Assembly: GCF_004010195.1 (NCBI RefSeq)
Contig: NC_057719.1
Coordinates: 10,030,170-10,094,169 of the forward strand
DNA from: Chiloscyllium plagiosum
Lineage: Eukaryota
Length of the DNA stretch: 64,000 nucleotides
Direction of reading: 5' to 3'
This document shows positions 12,870-25,129 of the stretch, one piece after another. The notes below the pieces were generated by a model. It saw only the letters and a program-made list of their open reading frames with translations, made no database searches and was not told where the DNA came from. The position numbers and the translations under genes were made by a program. Each line of letters opens with the position of its first letter. Positions within the stretch are counted from its first letter, which is position 1.

Positions 12870-13545
12870 AGGAAATTTTTATGACTTCTGGCATCTATTC
12901 CAAAAGTGTGGTACTTTGTGAAAATTTAACTCCAGTCAGCACCGGGGTCTAGCCACGTTTGGTACCTTAGCACAGTCCAACAACTTTAAAGGTGAGCACT
13001 GACTGAGAAATTTCCAAATAAAAATTTTACAACCTTGTATATCGTCTGTTAAATTCTATTATATATTCTCTGTGGAATACCAATCCCATTTTCTAAGTTT
13101 ATTAAAATCTGATCAGGCCTCATATATATATTTCATGTAAAGTTTGTCCATGCATTTTAATAGAATGTTCAATCCTTCTTCAATGCCCAGTTAGATTAGA
13201 TTAGATTACTTACAGTGTGGAAACAGGCCCTTCGGCCCAACAAATCCACACCGATTCGCCGAAGCGCAACCCACCCATACCCCTACATTCCCCCCTTATT
13301 ACCTAACACTACGGGCAATTTAGCAAGGCCAATTCACCTGCCCTGCACATCTCTGGACTGTGGGAGGAAACTGGAGCACCCGGAGGAAACCCCCGCAGGC
13401 ACGGGGAGAATGTGCAAACTCCACACAGACAGATGCCTGAGTCGGGAATTGAACCCGGGTCTCTGGTGCTGTGAGGCAGCAGTGCTAACCACTGTGCCAC
13501 CGTGCCGCCAGTTGTTGAGCTTCTAGCTCTGAGAATGCATCATGG
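12870..13545 (-). pseudogene. copia (GalEa-like) gag relic split by a SINE
   Basis: After excising the SINE at 13190-13509: FSELEAQQLGIEEGLNILLKCMDKLY..YEA*SDFNKLRK..EYIIEFNRRYTRL..LEISQSVLTFK..LDCA..VLTGV. Confidence 0.75.
13190..13509 (-). mobile_element. young-looking full-length HE1-type SINE
   Basis: ggcggcacggtggcacagtgg head, (tctaa)n tail, short flanking duplication (ccagtt). Confidence 0.92.
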
Positions 13546-13791
13546 TTCCAGTGGGCAACCACAATTCCAAGGACATTATTAGATTTTAGTTTTGTTAGTG
13601 GAGACATAGCCCAGGTCCTCATAGCTGCTTCCTCTTCTCATTGATGCTAATTTTCAGCTTCACAAAACATCCATAGGAATGTATATACTGAATCTCTGCA
13701 CATAGGTTCAGTTATTCTTCTTCAAAATAACTCCAATTGCAATCTTCTGTGTGAAAATATCTCTTCATTTCCAATCTTCACCTCTGAGAAG

Positions 13792-13807
13792 CCATTCTCT
13801 GTTCCTA
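13792..13807 (-). other. degenerate primer-binding site complementary to initiator tRNA-Met
   Basis: TAGGAACAGAGAATGG vs TGGTAGCAGAGGATGG, 12/16 identical, 1 nt after the 5' LTR end. Confidence 0.65.
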
Positions 13808-13808
13808 G

Positions 13809-13980
13809 TGTCAATTCTGATCCAGGCAGCTGGTGAAAGAGAAACCAAAATACCTTTCCCTTTGGATACAGTTTATTAACCACTCTCTTACAACTCTTTC
13901 CAGACTTCAAACACATCTAATACACCTTTACATCAACAAAATTCATTAATCAATTAACCTCAGTCATACACATAATCACT
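13809..13980 (-). repeat. 5' LTR of the copia element (internally deleted; 5' boundary uncertain)
   Basis: Shares the gttaataaact...gaattgaca end and the ggtta.tt.attaatgaa motif with the 3' LTR. Confidence 0.7.
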
Positions 13981-14106
13981 TGATAAATTATCAAGTGACC
14001 CGAAATTTATTCAGAATTCATAATAACTATTTAATAATGCAGAAAACGGATGAGCACATTGGAACACCACAGCACGAGATTGTAAAACTTATCTGCATTG
14101 ATCTTA

Positions 14107-14557
14107 TGGAGTTATAGAACCATTCAGCACGGTAACAGAACTTTTGACCCAACTCATTCATGCCGACATGGATTCCTAAACTGAACTAGTCCCATTTGCC
14201 TGTACTTGGCCTGCATCCCTCTGTAGCTTTCCTATCCATGTACTTGTCCAAATTACTTTTAAATGTTGTAATTGCATTCATCTCTACCACTTTGTCTGGC
14301 AGATTGTTCCACATATGCACCACCCCCTGTGTGAAAAAGCTGTCCTTTAGGTGCCTTTTAAATCTTTTCCCTCTCACCTTAAATATTTGACCTCTAGTTT
14401 TGCACTCCTCTATCCTGGGAAAAAGACCTTGGCTATTCACCTTATCCATGCCACTCATGAATTTATAAACCTCAATAAGGTCACCTCTCAGCCTCCAAGG
14501 CTCCCAGGAAAGAAATCCCAGGTTATCCAGCCTCTCCTTACAACTCAAGCCCTCCAG
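14107..14557 (-). mobile_element. CR1-clade LINE 3' fragment
   Basis: ORF 14186-14548 RLRGDLIEVYK...FFTQGVVHMWN. Confidence 0.9.
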
Positions 14558-14746
14558 TTTTGTTTGCTGTCAAATATTCCAAAGATTAGGTAGGATATAA
14601 GGAGAGTGGATAGCATCCCTGCCTCTGAAGTTGCAGCTCTGAATTCAAGTCCCAATACAGATGTTGTGTTGGTCAAGTAAGGTGCCTTCATACTGTAGCC
14701 AACAGTTTGACCACCAGCTTCAAGTTCTTGCTTATGTCATCCATGT

Positions 14747-16243
14747 AGAGTCATAGAGTACAGCGTGGAAGCAGACCCTTCGGTCCACCCGTCCATGCTG
14801 ACCAGATATCCCAACCCAACCTAGTCCATCTGCCAGCACCCGGACCATATCCCGCCAAACCCTTCCTATTCATATACCCATCCAAATTCCTTTTGAATGT
14901 TGCAATTGTACCAGCCTCCACCACTTCCTCTGGCAACTCATTCCATACACGTACCACTCTCTGTGTGAAAACGTTGCCCCTTAGACTCCTTTTATATCTT
15001 TCCCCTCTCACCCTAAACCTATGCCCTCTAGTTCTGGACTCACAGGGAAAAGACTTTGCCTATTTATCCTATCCATGCCCCTCATAATTTTGTAAACCTC
15101 TATAAGGTCACCCCTCAGCCTCCAATGCTCCAGGGAAAACAGCTCCAGCCTGTTCAGCCTCTCCCTATAGCTCAAATCCTCCAACCCTGGCAACATCCTT
15201 GTAAATCTTTTCTGAACCCTTTCAAGTTTCACAACATCTTTCTGATAGGAAGGAGAACGGAATTACATGCAATATTCCAACAGTGGCCTAACCAATGTCC
15301 TGTCAGCCGCAACATGACCTTCCAATTCCTGTACTCAATACTCTGACCAATAAAGGAAAGCATACCAAACGCCTTCTTCACTATCCTATCTACCTGCAAC
15401 TCCACTTTCAAGGAGCTATGAACCTGCATTCCAAGGTCTCTTTGTTCAGCAACAATCTCTAGGACCTTACCATTAAGTGTATAAGTCCTGCTAAGATTTG
15501 CTTTCCCAAAATGCAGCACCTCGCATTTATCTGAATTAAACTCCATCTGCCACTTTTTGGCCCATTGGCCCATCTGGACCAGAACCTGTTGTAATCTGAG
15601 GTAACCATCTTCGCTGTCCACTACACCTCTAATTTTGGTGTAATCTGTAAACTTACTAATTGTACCTCTTATGCTCGCATCCAAATCATTTATGTAAATG
15701 TCAAAAAGTAGAGGGCCCAGCACCGATCCTTGTGGCACTCCACTGGTCACAGGCCTCCAATTTGATTTGCAACCCTCCACCACCACCCTCTATCTTCTAC
15801 CTTTCAGCCAGTTATGTATCCAAGTGGCGAGTTCTCCCTGTATTGCTTGAGATCTAATCTTGCGAACCAGTCTCCCATAGGGAACCTTGTTGAATGCCTT
15901 ACTGAAGTCCATATAGATCACATCTACTGCTCTGTCCTCATCAATCCTCCTTGTTACTTCTTCAAAAAAGCTCAATCAAGTTTGTGAGACATGATTTCCC
16001 ACGCACAAAGCCATGTTGATTATCCTAATCAGGCCTTGCTATTCCAAATACATGTACACCCTGTCCCTCAGGATTCCCTCCAACAACTTGCCCACCACCG
16101 ACGTCAGGCTCACTGGTCTATAGTTCCCTAGCTTGTCCTTACCACCCTTCTTAAACAGCGGCACCACATTAGCCAACCTCCAGTCTTCCGGCACCTCACC
16201 TGTGACTATCGATGATACAAATATCTTAGCAAGAGGCCCAGCA
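14747..16243 (-). mobile_element. CR1-clade LINE (HER1-like), RT domain, frameshifted
   Basis: VPEDWRLANVVPLFKKG, NYRPVSLTS, YMDFSKAF, GVPQGSVLGPLLF, FFTQRVV motifs across ORFs 16039-14751. Confidence 0.96.
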
Positions 16244-17721
16244 ATGTAATTGAAAGAACATTGAAGCATCTGTACTTGAAATCCATAGCTCAAAACTAAA
16301 ATGTGCATAGAATGTACATGTTGTACGAGCAACTCAAACTCCCATCACTACAATCACGTAAGTTATATGGCCCAGTAACTGATCCTTCAATCCAACAACA
16401 CTCATTTGATTGTGCAGTGTCGGACAACAAACCCACATTCACAATGTATAGAATGGATTCATTTTTCTAATCAATCTGTTCAGAGATGTTATTACACACC
16501 TGTGGAGCAAGTGGGACTTGAACCTGGGCCTCTTGGTCTAAGAGTAGGGTCATTACCACTGCACCACAAGAGGGTCACTTAAAATGTTACCAAGGTTCTT
16601 TAAACATTATGGACTGCAATAAGGATAAACAATCAGGTTTGCGGATGGCAATGTGCTAAGATCATGAAAAAGAATGGTGATTCATTGTAAATACATTATT
16701 TTTTTAATATTCACTCTGGGATATGGGCAGTGTTGGCTGGGCCAGCATTTACTCCCTGGCTCTAATTGTGCTTGAGATCTATGCTCTACTGAAACCTCAA
16801 GTTCTTACGAAGAGAAGAGAGGATGAGTTTTACGTCACCTTCCAGCCAATCTTTATCAATGATGATCATGAGTAGACTATCTCGTCATCCTCACACAGTC
16901 CTTTGGAGCCCCTTGCAATTCAGTGCCTGAGGTACTCCATTGTGACTACATTTCAAAAGTACATCATTGCGCTATGTTAAAGCACTTTAGAGCCAAAGTC
17001 ATGAAAAGTACTTTATAAAGGCAAATCCTTAAACTGTGCAGACAATGAGATGTCAGCTTTGATTCCCATTCTATACTTATTTTCAGCTGGGCACCATGAG
17101 GCATGCAGAACTTGTGGAATAAATTGGGCATGGAAAAATATAATGTACAATCAGTAGAAAAAAAAAATCAAAGATTCCTCTTTTTGATCAATAGTTGTCC
17201 TGGAAAATAAGCCAAGTAAGAGCTGGATTGGATTCAACTACATTTTTGCCCTCTACAGCTCCAAAGTCAGCCAAGACCTACATTCCAGGTAAACATTGGA
17301 AGAATACTCCCTCTGGCAATGTAGCAGTCTGGCAATGTAACAGGCTGGCACTGCAGCAGAAGGCCATCAGCACTCATGAAACATTATCTCAGCATGTTTT
17401 CCAGAGAGGTGAGAAAATTGGAAAAAAAATGTAATTTGTAAGAGATAATTTAAAGGGAAAAGTAAATAGGCAGGTCTTTGAGCAATTTGCATGTTGCAGC
17501 ATAAATACACAAACACGTTAATAGATTACAAATGACAAAAGCTCATGTGCAGCCTGCTTGTCCAAGTTCATTACAACCAGATAGCTCTGCATCCGTGTCC
17601 TTATGAGTTCACAAAAGGACTGATATGTACTGAGAGCTCCAATGTACTCTGAATATCCAATACCCTTGTGTCCTGTGCATTTGATGATCTTTAAGCATTG
17701 TAAGACCATGAGACCCTAAGA

Positions 17722-18328
17722 TATTAGGAGTTGGGAGGTCATGTTGCAGGTCTACAGGACATTGGTTAGGCCACTTTTGGAATACTGTGTTCAATTCTGG
17801 TACATATGAGCTACAGGAAGTATGTTGTGAAACATGAAAGGATTTAGAAAAGATTTACAAGGATGTTGCTGAGTTTGGAGGGCGTGAGCTACAGGGAGAG
17901 GCTGAACAGACTGGGGCCATTTTCATTGGAGCGTTGGAGACTGAGGAGCGACCTTATAGAGGTTTATAAAATCATGAAGAACATAGGGTGAATAGCCAAG
18001 ACCTTTTCCCTGGGGTAGGGAAGCCCAGAACTAGAGGGCACAGGTTTAAGGAGAGAGGGGAAAGATTTAAAAGGGACCTAAGGGGCAACCTTTGCACACC
18101 TAGGGTGGTGCTACAATGGAATGAGCTGCCAGAGGAATGGTGGACGTTGGTACAATACAACATTTAAAAAGCATCTGGATGGGTATATGAATAGGAAGGG
18201 TTTAGAGGGATAAGGGCCAAATACTGGTAAATGGGACTAGATTAATTGAGGATGTCTGGTCGGCACGGCTAAGTTGGACACAAGGGTCTGGTTTCGTGCT
18301 ATACTGCTCTGTGACTCGATGATTCTAT
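17722..18328 (+). mobile_element. CR1-clade LINE 3' fragment
   Basis: Homology to 4140-4720. Confidence 0.9.
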
Positions 18329-18914
18329 GTAGGAGCATAATTAGGCCATTCAGCCCATCAGAGCTGCTCTGCTACATTGTTAACCTCTGGCTTTCTCACA
18401 AACTAATAAGTATGAAACACTGCAGAAGTCTGAAATAGAAACAGGAAGCCAAAGGTAAAACAAGCATCTGTGGTGAATGAAACTGTTTCAAGCCGAGTAT
18501 GAGTCTTCATTGGAACTGGTTTGTCATATTGAATTGAGAGCCAATTCCCACTGGAAATGTCTTCTCTCAGAAGCCCTTCAACCATCTGAGTTTTTCAAGC
18601 ACTTTTTGTTTTAGCTTGACAGACTTTGGAGAATACTATGACCTGCACTTGAAGCACCAAACACACAAGTATCAGATTTAAAATTGAAGTGCTCTCCTTA
18701 TGATTGTAAATATAAATGATATATTAGATTTACGTATCGTCATTTTAGTTTCAACAGGGTGATTTAAGGGGTAAGGTGACATAGTTACAGTGGTGCTATA
18801 GCATGTAACCCAGAAGATATGCAGCAAGACTGAGACAGCATTCAGGCCTGGGCTGATAGGCGGCAAGTAACATTTGAGCCACATAACTGCAAGACAATGA
18901 TTGGCTCTGACAGG

Positions 18915-19095
18915 AGAGTGTGTTAAAACACGTGGTGCTGGAAAAGCACAGCCAGTCAGGCAGCATCCGAGGAGCAGGAGAATGGATGTTTCGGGCATAA
19001 GCCCTTCATCAGGAATGTGGAGGGGGGGGAAGGGGCTGTGAGATAAATAGGGGGGTGGCGTGGGCCTGGAGGGAATGTAGGTGGGGTGACGAACG
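18915..19095 (-). mobile_element. short Penelope-derived repeat with hammerhead-like motif (CpG-decayed)
   Basis: Minus strand CTGATGA-A-GGGC-TTAT-GCCC-GAAACATC. Confidence 0.7.
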
Positions 19096-19429
19096 TGGAA
19101 ACTCAATGACATTACCGTCTCTGAATTTGCTGCTATTAGTAGCCAGGGAGTTACCATTGACCGGAAGCTGAATCGGACTAGCCAAGTAAATAATGTGGAC
19201 ATAGAGCAGGTCAGTGGCTGGGAATTCTGTAGCGACCACTTGATTTCTGAACATCAGCTCACTACTTACAAGACACATGCCAGTAGTGTCATGGAATACT
19301 CTCCACTTGATTGGATGGGTAAAAATAATACTTGAGAAACTCAGAAAGCCTGCACGATACAACAGTCCATTTTTCTGGCATTGTTCCACCACTTTCCTTT
19401 CCCCCAACTCTTATATTTATTTCTTGCAA

Positions 19430-20110
19430 GGGGAATTGAATATAAGATGGTTATGTATCAGTTTTACAGGGCAATGATAAGACCACATCTGAAGTTCTGT
19501 GTACATTACTGATTACTACACTTACAGAAGGAGGTTAATGCATTGGAACCAGTTCAAAGGAGGTTTATTAGATTAATACCGAGAATGAGTGGATTGCCTT
19601 ATAGTAAAGGCCAGACAGGCTAGGCCTGTACCTCTCGAGTTTAGAAGAGACAGAGGCAACTTAATTGAAATATCATAAGATCCTGAGAGGACTTGACCAG
19701 GTAGATGTTGAAAGAATGCTTCCTCTTCTGGGAGAATCTCGAACTAGCGATCACAGTTTAAAATTAAGTAGTATCCCATTTAAAACAGAGCAAAGGAAGC
19801 ATTTTTCTTCTCTCAGAGGGTTGTGCGTCTTTGGAATTTCCTTCCTCAAAAGACAGTGGGCACTGAATCTTTAAATATCTGTAAGGCAGAGGTAGATAGA
19901 ACCTTAGTCACAGAGTCCCACAGCAGGGAAACAGACTGTTCGGCCCAAACTGCCCATGCTGCCCAATTTTCACAATTAATCTTGATTACCAAATGGGATG
20001 AAAGATTATCATGGATTTGCAAGAATGTAGAGTTGAAGTTAAAATCAAATCAGCCGTGACCTTATTGAACGGTGAAGCAAATTCGAAGGCCAAGTGGCCT
20101 AGTTTTGATC
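19430..20110 (+). mobile_element. degenerate CR1-clade LINE 3' part
   Basis: KILRGLD.VDVERM.P..ESRT..HSL; LWNFLPQK. Confidence 0.8.
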
Positions 20111-23100
20111 CTTCCTCATGTGACACCAAATGGCAACAATGTGTACCATTTGAAAGATGCACTGCAGGAACTCACCAGGGCTCCTTCCACAATGCCTTTC
20201 AAACCCTTGGCCCTTACACCAAGAACAAGGGCTGTAGATGCATATGAACATTGAGAGTCATGGTTTAACAAATATGGAGATGGGTCTCTGAGGAATGCTG
20301 GGTATAACCGACAATCTGCTAATCACGTGATAGGATTCTGTTAGAAGGTTGGACTTCTCAGACTCAGAGATTGCAACTCCGCAGCCTTACCATCATGCAC
20401 TTACTGGGAACAGGCACTGTTTGAAAGAAATTCAGTAGTTTCTCTTCAGCTTGTGAAAAAACACATACAATAACAAACATCACTAAGTTCTCCTCCAAGC
20501 CACACATGATCCAGATGTGGAAATATATTGCAGTCCCTTGCCTGTCACTGAGTCAAACCTCTTGCACAGCATTCAGGTTATGCCTTCACTAAATGGACTG
20601 CGGTTACATACAAAGCGTGTTCACCACCACCTCCTCAATTAGGGAAGGGAATTAAATGCTGGCCCAGCCAGCAGTGCCACATCCTGTGGACAAATCGACC
20701 AAAATGGAAGGTGAAAACGAGATGCTCGTTTTTGACTGGCACAGACTCAACGGACCAAAGGGCCTTTATCTTGCTGCAGACTGCTTTGGCTCCATGAAAA
20801 TTAGAAAATGAAGGGTCAGCAAATCTTCCTGCCTCTGATCATCATTTGACGGAAGCTGCTGGAAAAGGAGCACAGGTGCGAGCTTCAGAAAAATCTTGTC
20901 CAATGTTGAGGGTGAGCAAGATTGAAGAAAATGAAAATAACTTTGCCTGACTTCTACCTCAGGCGAACACTGCATAAACGGTCATTCTGGAAGAGTGTGG
21001 CATACCCAGGATAGGAGTTTAGCCAATTTCAGAGGAGAAAGGGCTGACCTTTGTTTTTAAGAAAGATCTCAGTGCTGAAAGATGGTTGAAAATAAATCTG
21101 ACCAAATCAAAAATTAGCAAATGTGACGTAAGGAAAATAAAACCTCCACAAGACTTGTAGTTGGGGTCTGGACTGCACCGCCTGGAGGTGTGGGGGAGAC
21201 AGAGTTGATTGAGGCACTCAAGATAATTACTTGAATAGAGTCAGTGTTCAAGGACACAGGGAAAGGAAAGAGATTGGCACTAAGTCATAATGTTCATTGG
21301 TGTTGACACAATGGAATCTGAACCGTAAAGGTGTTTCACTCAGCCGTGTGTGCACTTTTATTCTATCAAAACAGGCACATTAAATTTAAGAAATACAAGC
21401 AAACAAGACCAGAAATTCCAACACAACAGATTGAGGAGCCTGGTAATTGGCAATATCGTACAGTAATTGTCTCCTTCTGAAGTTCCATCACCTTAAGATC
21501 AAATCTAAATGCACACTCCCATTGCACCAAACAGCAATGGGGAAAGTAATTTAATCATCAGTACAATGATTTCTTTATTGTTTCAACAAGATGCAAACAT
21601 TATAACACAATTATTCACATTTGCAGAAACAATCAAAATTTAATGCAACTTATAAATTGACCTATGATTGCATCAAACACTGCTGCAGAGTTTCAGTGAA
21701 CCACCACACACCCTGCAGGGCCAACGTGGGAGAATGTACACTGGAGAGGGGAGAGTAGTCGCTCTGGGGAGCTGGAGGTCTGCACCTGTTAGTGGGGGCT
21801 GGAACCAGTTCACAGGTAGCCACTGGGACTGTCAGCAACAGAGGTAAACTGCGAGGAGGAACCCATCTCGATGCTTGGCATGGGTTGGAATTGTTGACAT
21901 TTGATATAGGGCTACAAAAGAAAACAAAAAATCAATGGGTGGGATCATCCCTTCCCTCAAGGTGGCCACAGAATCTCTTGCCTCCTCATCAAAACAATTC
22001 CCCTTTTGGTGATCAGTTTATAGCTCCTTCCAGGTTTTAGTCCCCCACCACCCTGTACAGCAACCTGGCAAAGTGAGTGACCACCTTCGGGAAACAGAAA
22101 TGAAGGCGAGGGGGTCCCTCTTGCGACACAGTGGCAGTGTCCCTACTGGAAGGTAGGGTTCAAGTCCCACCTGCTCCACAGGGGTATAATAACATATCTG
22201 AACAGGTTGATTTGAAAAACAGGTAAAAGTCTTTTTAAAAAAGAGGAACAAGCGTGACCAACTTATTGCATTGTGATGGCGAGGGAAGGCGGGGACTTCC
22301 ATTTGCCAGAATATGGGGGGAAATGGAGTCAGAGTTTGTTGCGGGGGAAGGCAGGCATGAGGTTGCAGAAAGCTTCTGGCTTGGATCTCCTAGTCCTACA
22401 CTCCTTAATCCATATCGCAGCCAGCAAACTCCTAAAACAAATTCTATCTCATTATTACAGGACAACATGGTTGAGCAGCCTGGGTCTCTGGCAATGATCT
22501 CAAGTTCTCTTATAGGTCAGCAGATTCTGGGCAGAGTGGGACTTCAGTGTCAGGGCCCATGATATTCTGAGAGCCCTGTTGGTCTGTAGGATCTTGTTCT
22601 GTGGGCTTTCCCGCTGCTGGGTTAGGGGGTGTTTGCAGTTACTGAAGACGCCTGATCCAAAATCCAGTGCAGAAAACATTAAATCTCAGCCAATAAATAA
22701 AATAAATGAACCCTAGGCCCCAGCCTCATGTCAGCTCACACACTCCCAGAACCTTTCCATGCCTAACCATGCCACGCTATGCCTCATCCAACATTCCCCA
22801 CAACTCTTCACACTGTCCACATCAACAAATGCCTCTCGACCAACCTCCTCTAGCCTCCATACCACCCTCCAACCCAATTTCTGTTCCTCTATTCAACCCT
22901 CATATATCCTCATACCTGAATGCCAACCTATGCCATTCTAATCACTCTCATGATCTCTTGTAGCTCTATATCAACAGTATCAACACATTCCTAGCCGTGC
23001 CCTAAACCCACCATCCTTTGCCATCACATCTGCCATGTCAACTTATTCAGATTCACTCTGGGTAGACTTTGGGACTCAGACTGTAATAAAATAAAGTTCA

Positions 23101-23512
23101 AAGTGTGGATAATTCACTATTTAAAAACTAAGTCTGATAAAAATCCATTCTATATATAATTAACCATCCTTTAACGATTTGTTTCCTGATTAATAAAAAA
23201 AAAATGCCCTGATTTCGAAGATTTTACAAACCTTTAGAGCTGTGACCTGACAGATATCCCACTGTGATAATGACAGGTTATAAAATCTTTCAGGCAGCAC
23301 AAATCCTAGAAAGACAGCCCCCCTCCTACGTCAACAGAGAGTGAAATAGCAAGCAATTATTTTATTAAAAATTGCTGGCAATATTTGATTTCAAGGCCAA
23401 AAGATACAAATGCATTGACAGCTTGACAGTTACAACAGATTGACAGTCCCTTTGGCTGTTTCATCAATCCTTTGACAACTTGACAGCTTCAATGAGTTCA
23501 TCCCTTACTTAC

Positions 23513-23627
23513 GTATGTTCCTGTCTACTCTCAGCAATCCTAAAGAGTACATGCCCACTTAAAGTTAGTGCTGGATATCTCCCACCCAAAGGTGACCAAC
23601 TTAAAAGGTCCCCCTTCACACCTTCTC
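23513..23627 (-). CDS. internal exon (GEGVKGDLLSWSPLGGRYPALTLSGHVLFRIAESRQEHT)
   Basis: Acceptor ttttgcacttttcag, donor AC|gtaagt; 115 nt; the only open frame is phase 1->2, matching the 35716 exon. Confidence 0.8.
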
Positions 23628-24133
23628 CTGAAAAGTGCAAAACCCACAAGTCGCATTTTGAACATTCCACTGATGAAAAGTGGATCTTCACATTAACATT
23701 TGGCAACCATTTGGCAATGATGTGTAAGCTTTAGAGACGGTGCAGAGGAGATTTACCAGGACTGGTGGGCCTGTCTTATGAAGAAAGGTTGAGGGATCGA
23801 GGACTTTTCACATTGGAACAAAGAAGTATGAGGGATGTTGAGAGGCATACGTAGAGTGGACAGCCAGAGACATTTTTGTCTAAGCCACAGACCCTCTCAG
23901 TCTTTCCAAAAATGCAAGCCTTATATTTATACCTTTAATACTGTTAAATCTTCCAAAGTAAGTCTATTACAGGAAAGAAATGTGCTTGGAGCAGCAATTA
24001 GAAACAGCAGGGGGAATAGATGACCAAAGATAATGTCAAAGAGATAGGCTCCGAGGAGGGTTCGCAGGAAGATTGGAGGAACATAACCATAGAGTTTCAG
24101 AGCACAGATGCATGACAATTGAAAGCTCTGGCA

Positions 24134-24808
24134 TATAGAAACATATAAGATAGGAACAGGAGGAGACCATTCAGCTCTTCAAGCCCGCTCTGCCATTCAT
24201 CATGGTCATGGCTGATTGTCCAACTCATTAGCCTAATCCTGCTTTCTCCCCATAACCTTTAATCCCATTTGCCCCAAGTGCTATATATAGCTGTTTCTTG
24301 AATATTCAATATTCTGGCATCAACTACTTTCACAGGTTCACCAAACTTTGGGTGAAGAAATGTCTTCTCATCTCCATCCTAAATGGTCCACTCCGAATCC
24401 GCAAACTGTGATCCCTAATTCTGGATGCACCTACCATTGGGAACATGCTCCCGGCACCTACCTTGTCTAGTCCTGTTAGAATGTCATAAGTCCCTATGAG
24501 CCCCCTCCCCCCTTCATTCTTCTGAACCCCAGCGAAAACTATCCTAACCTAGTCAATCCCTCCTCATATGTCAGTCACACCATCCCCAGAATCAGCCTGG
24601 TAAACTGTCGCTACACTCCCTCGAGGGCAAGAGCATCCTTCCTCAGAAAAGGAGACAAAAACTGCACATAATATTCTCAGTGTGACCTCACCAAGGCCCT
24701 GTATAACTGCAACAACACATCCCTGCTCCTGTACTCAAACCCTCTCGCAATGAAGGCCGACATACCATTTACCTTCTTTACACCTGCTGCAACTGCATGC
24801 TTACCTTA
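24134..24808 (-). mobile_element. CR1-clade LINE 3' fragment
   Basis: catatagaaacat tail and CR1 C-terminal homology. Confidence 0.85.
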
Positions 24809-25129
24809 TTATCGGACCTGGGAAATAAAGATGAGAATTAAAAGTCATACAGTCACTGACAGTCAAAGGAATAGGGAAAGTAGAATGGTCCAGAGGAACT
24901 TGTTAAAAAAAATGGGCAGATGAGGGGGAAGCCATGGAATACTGAGACTGGAATGGTCGTTTTCACATTTCCCCGTCGGGTTCCATCAATTCTTATTAAA
25001 TCTATAGACTGATTTCATTTCTAATCGCTCCCCCACCCTTCACCCAGGATATGATCAATTAAACGAGCAAAATGAGAAAGATGTGAATATTAATGAGTGG
25101 GACTGGTGGATGTTTGAGTGATGTGGAGT

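Larger units (their letters stand above)
9268..13980 (-). mobile_element. decayed Ty1/copia LTR retrotransposon, GalEa-like, with nested SINE/LINE/PLE insertions
   Basis: Two LTR ends share gttaataaact...gaattgaca (9268-9343 vs 13809-13883, 52/76 identical by hand alignment); PBS-like 13792-13807; PPT 9775-9790; gag, RT and RNase H relics in copia order. Confidence 0.85.

Noticed and set aside
13722..13916. 64-aa minus ORF MCLKSGKSCKR...
   Set aside because: It overlaps the 5' LTR and PBS of the copia relic; a chance ORF.
17239..17288. Plus-strand exon-like segment (tttttgccctctacag...CCAG|gtaaac)
   Set aside because: Isolated; no phase-compatible plus-strand partners were found, and it is antisense to the supported gene.
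17518..17709. 63-aa minus ORF in unique-looking sequence
   Set aside because: Poor acceptor, and its phase is incompatible with the flanking exons.
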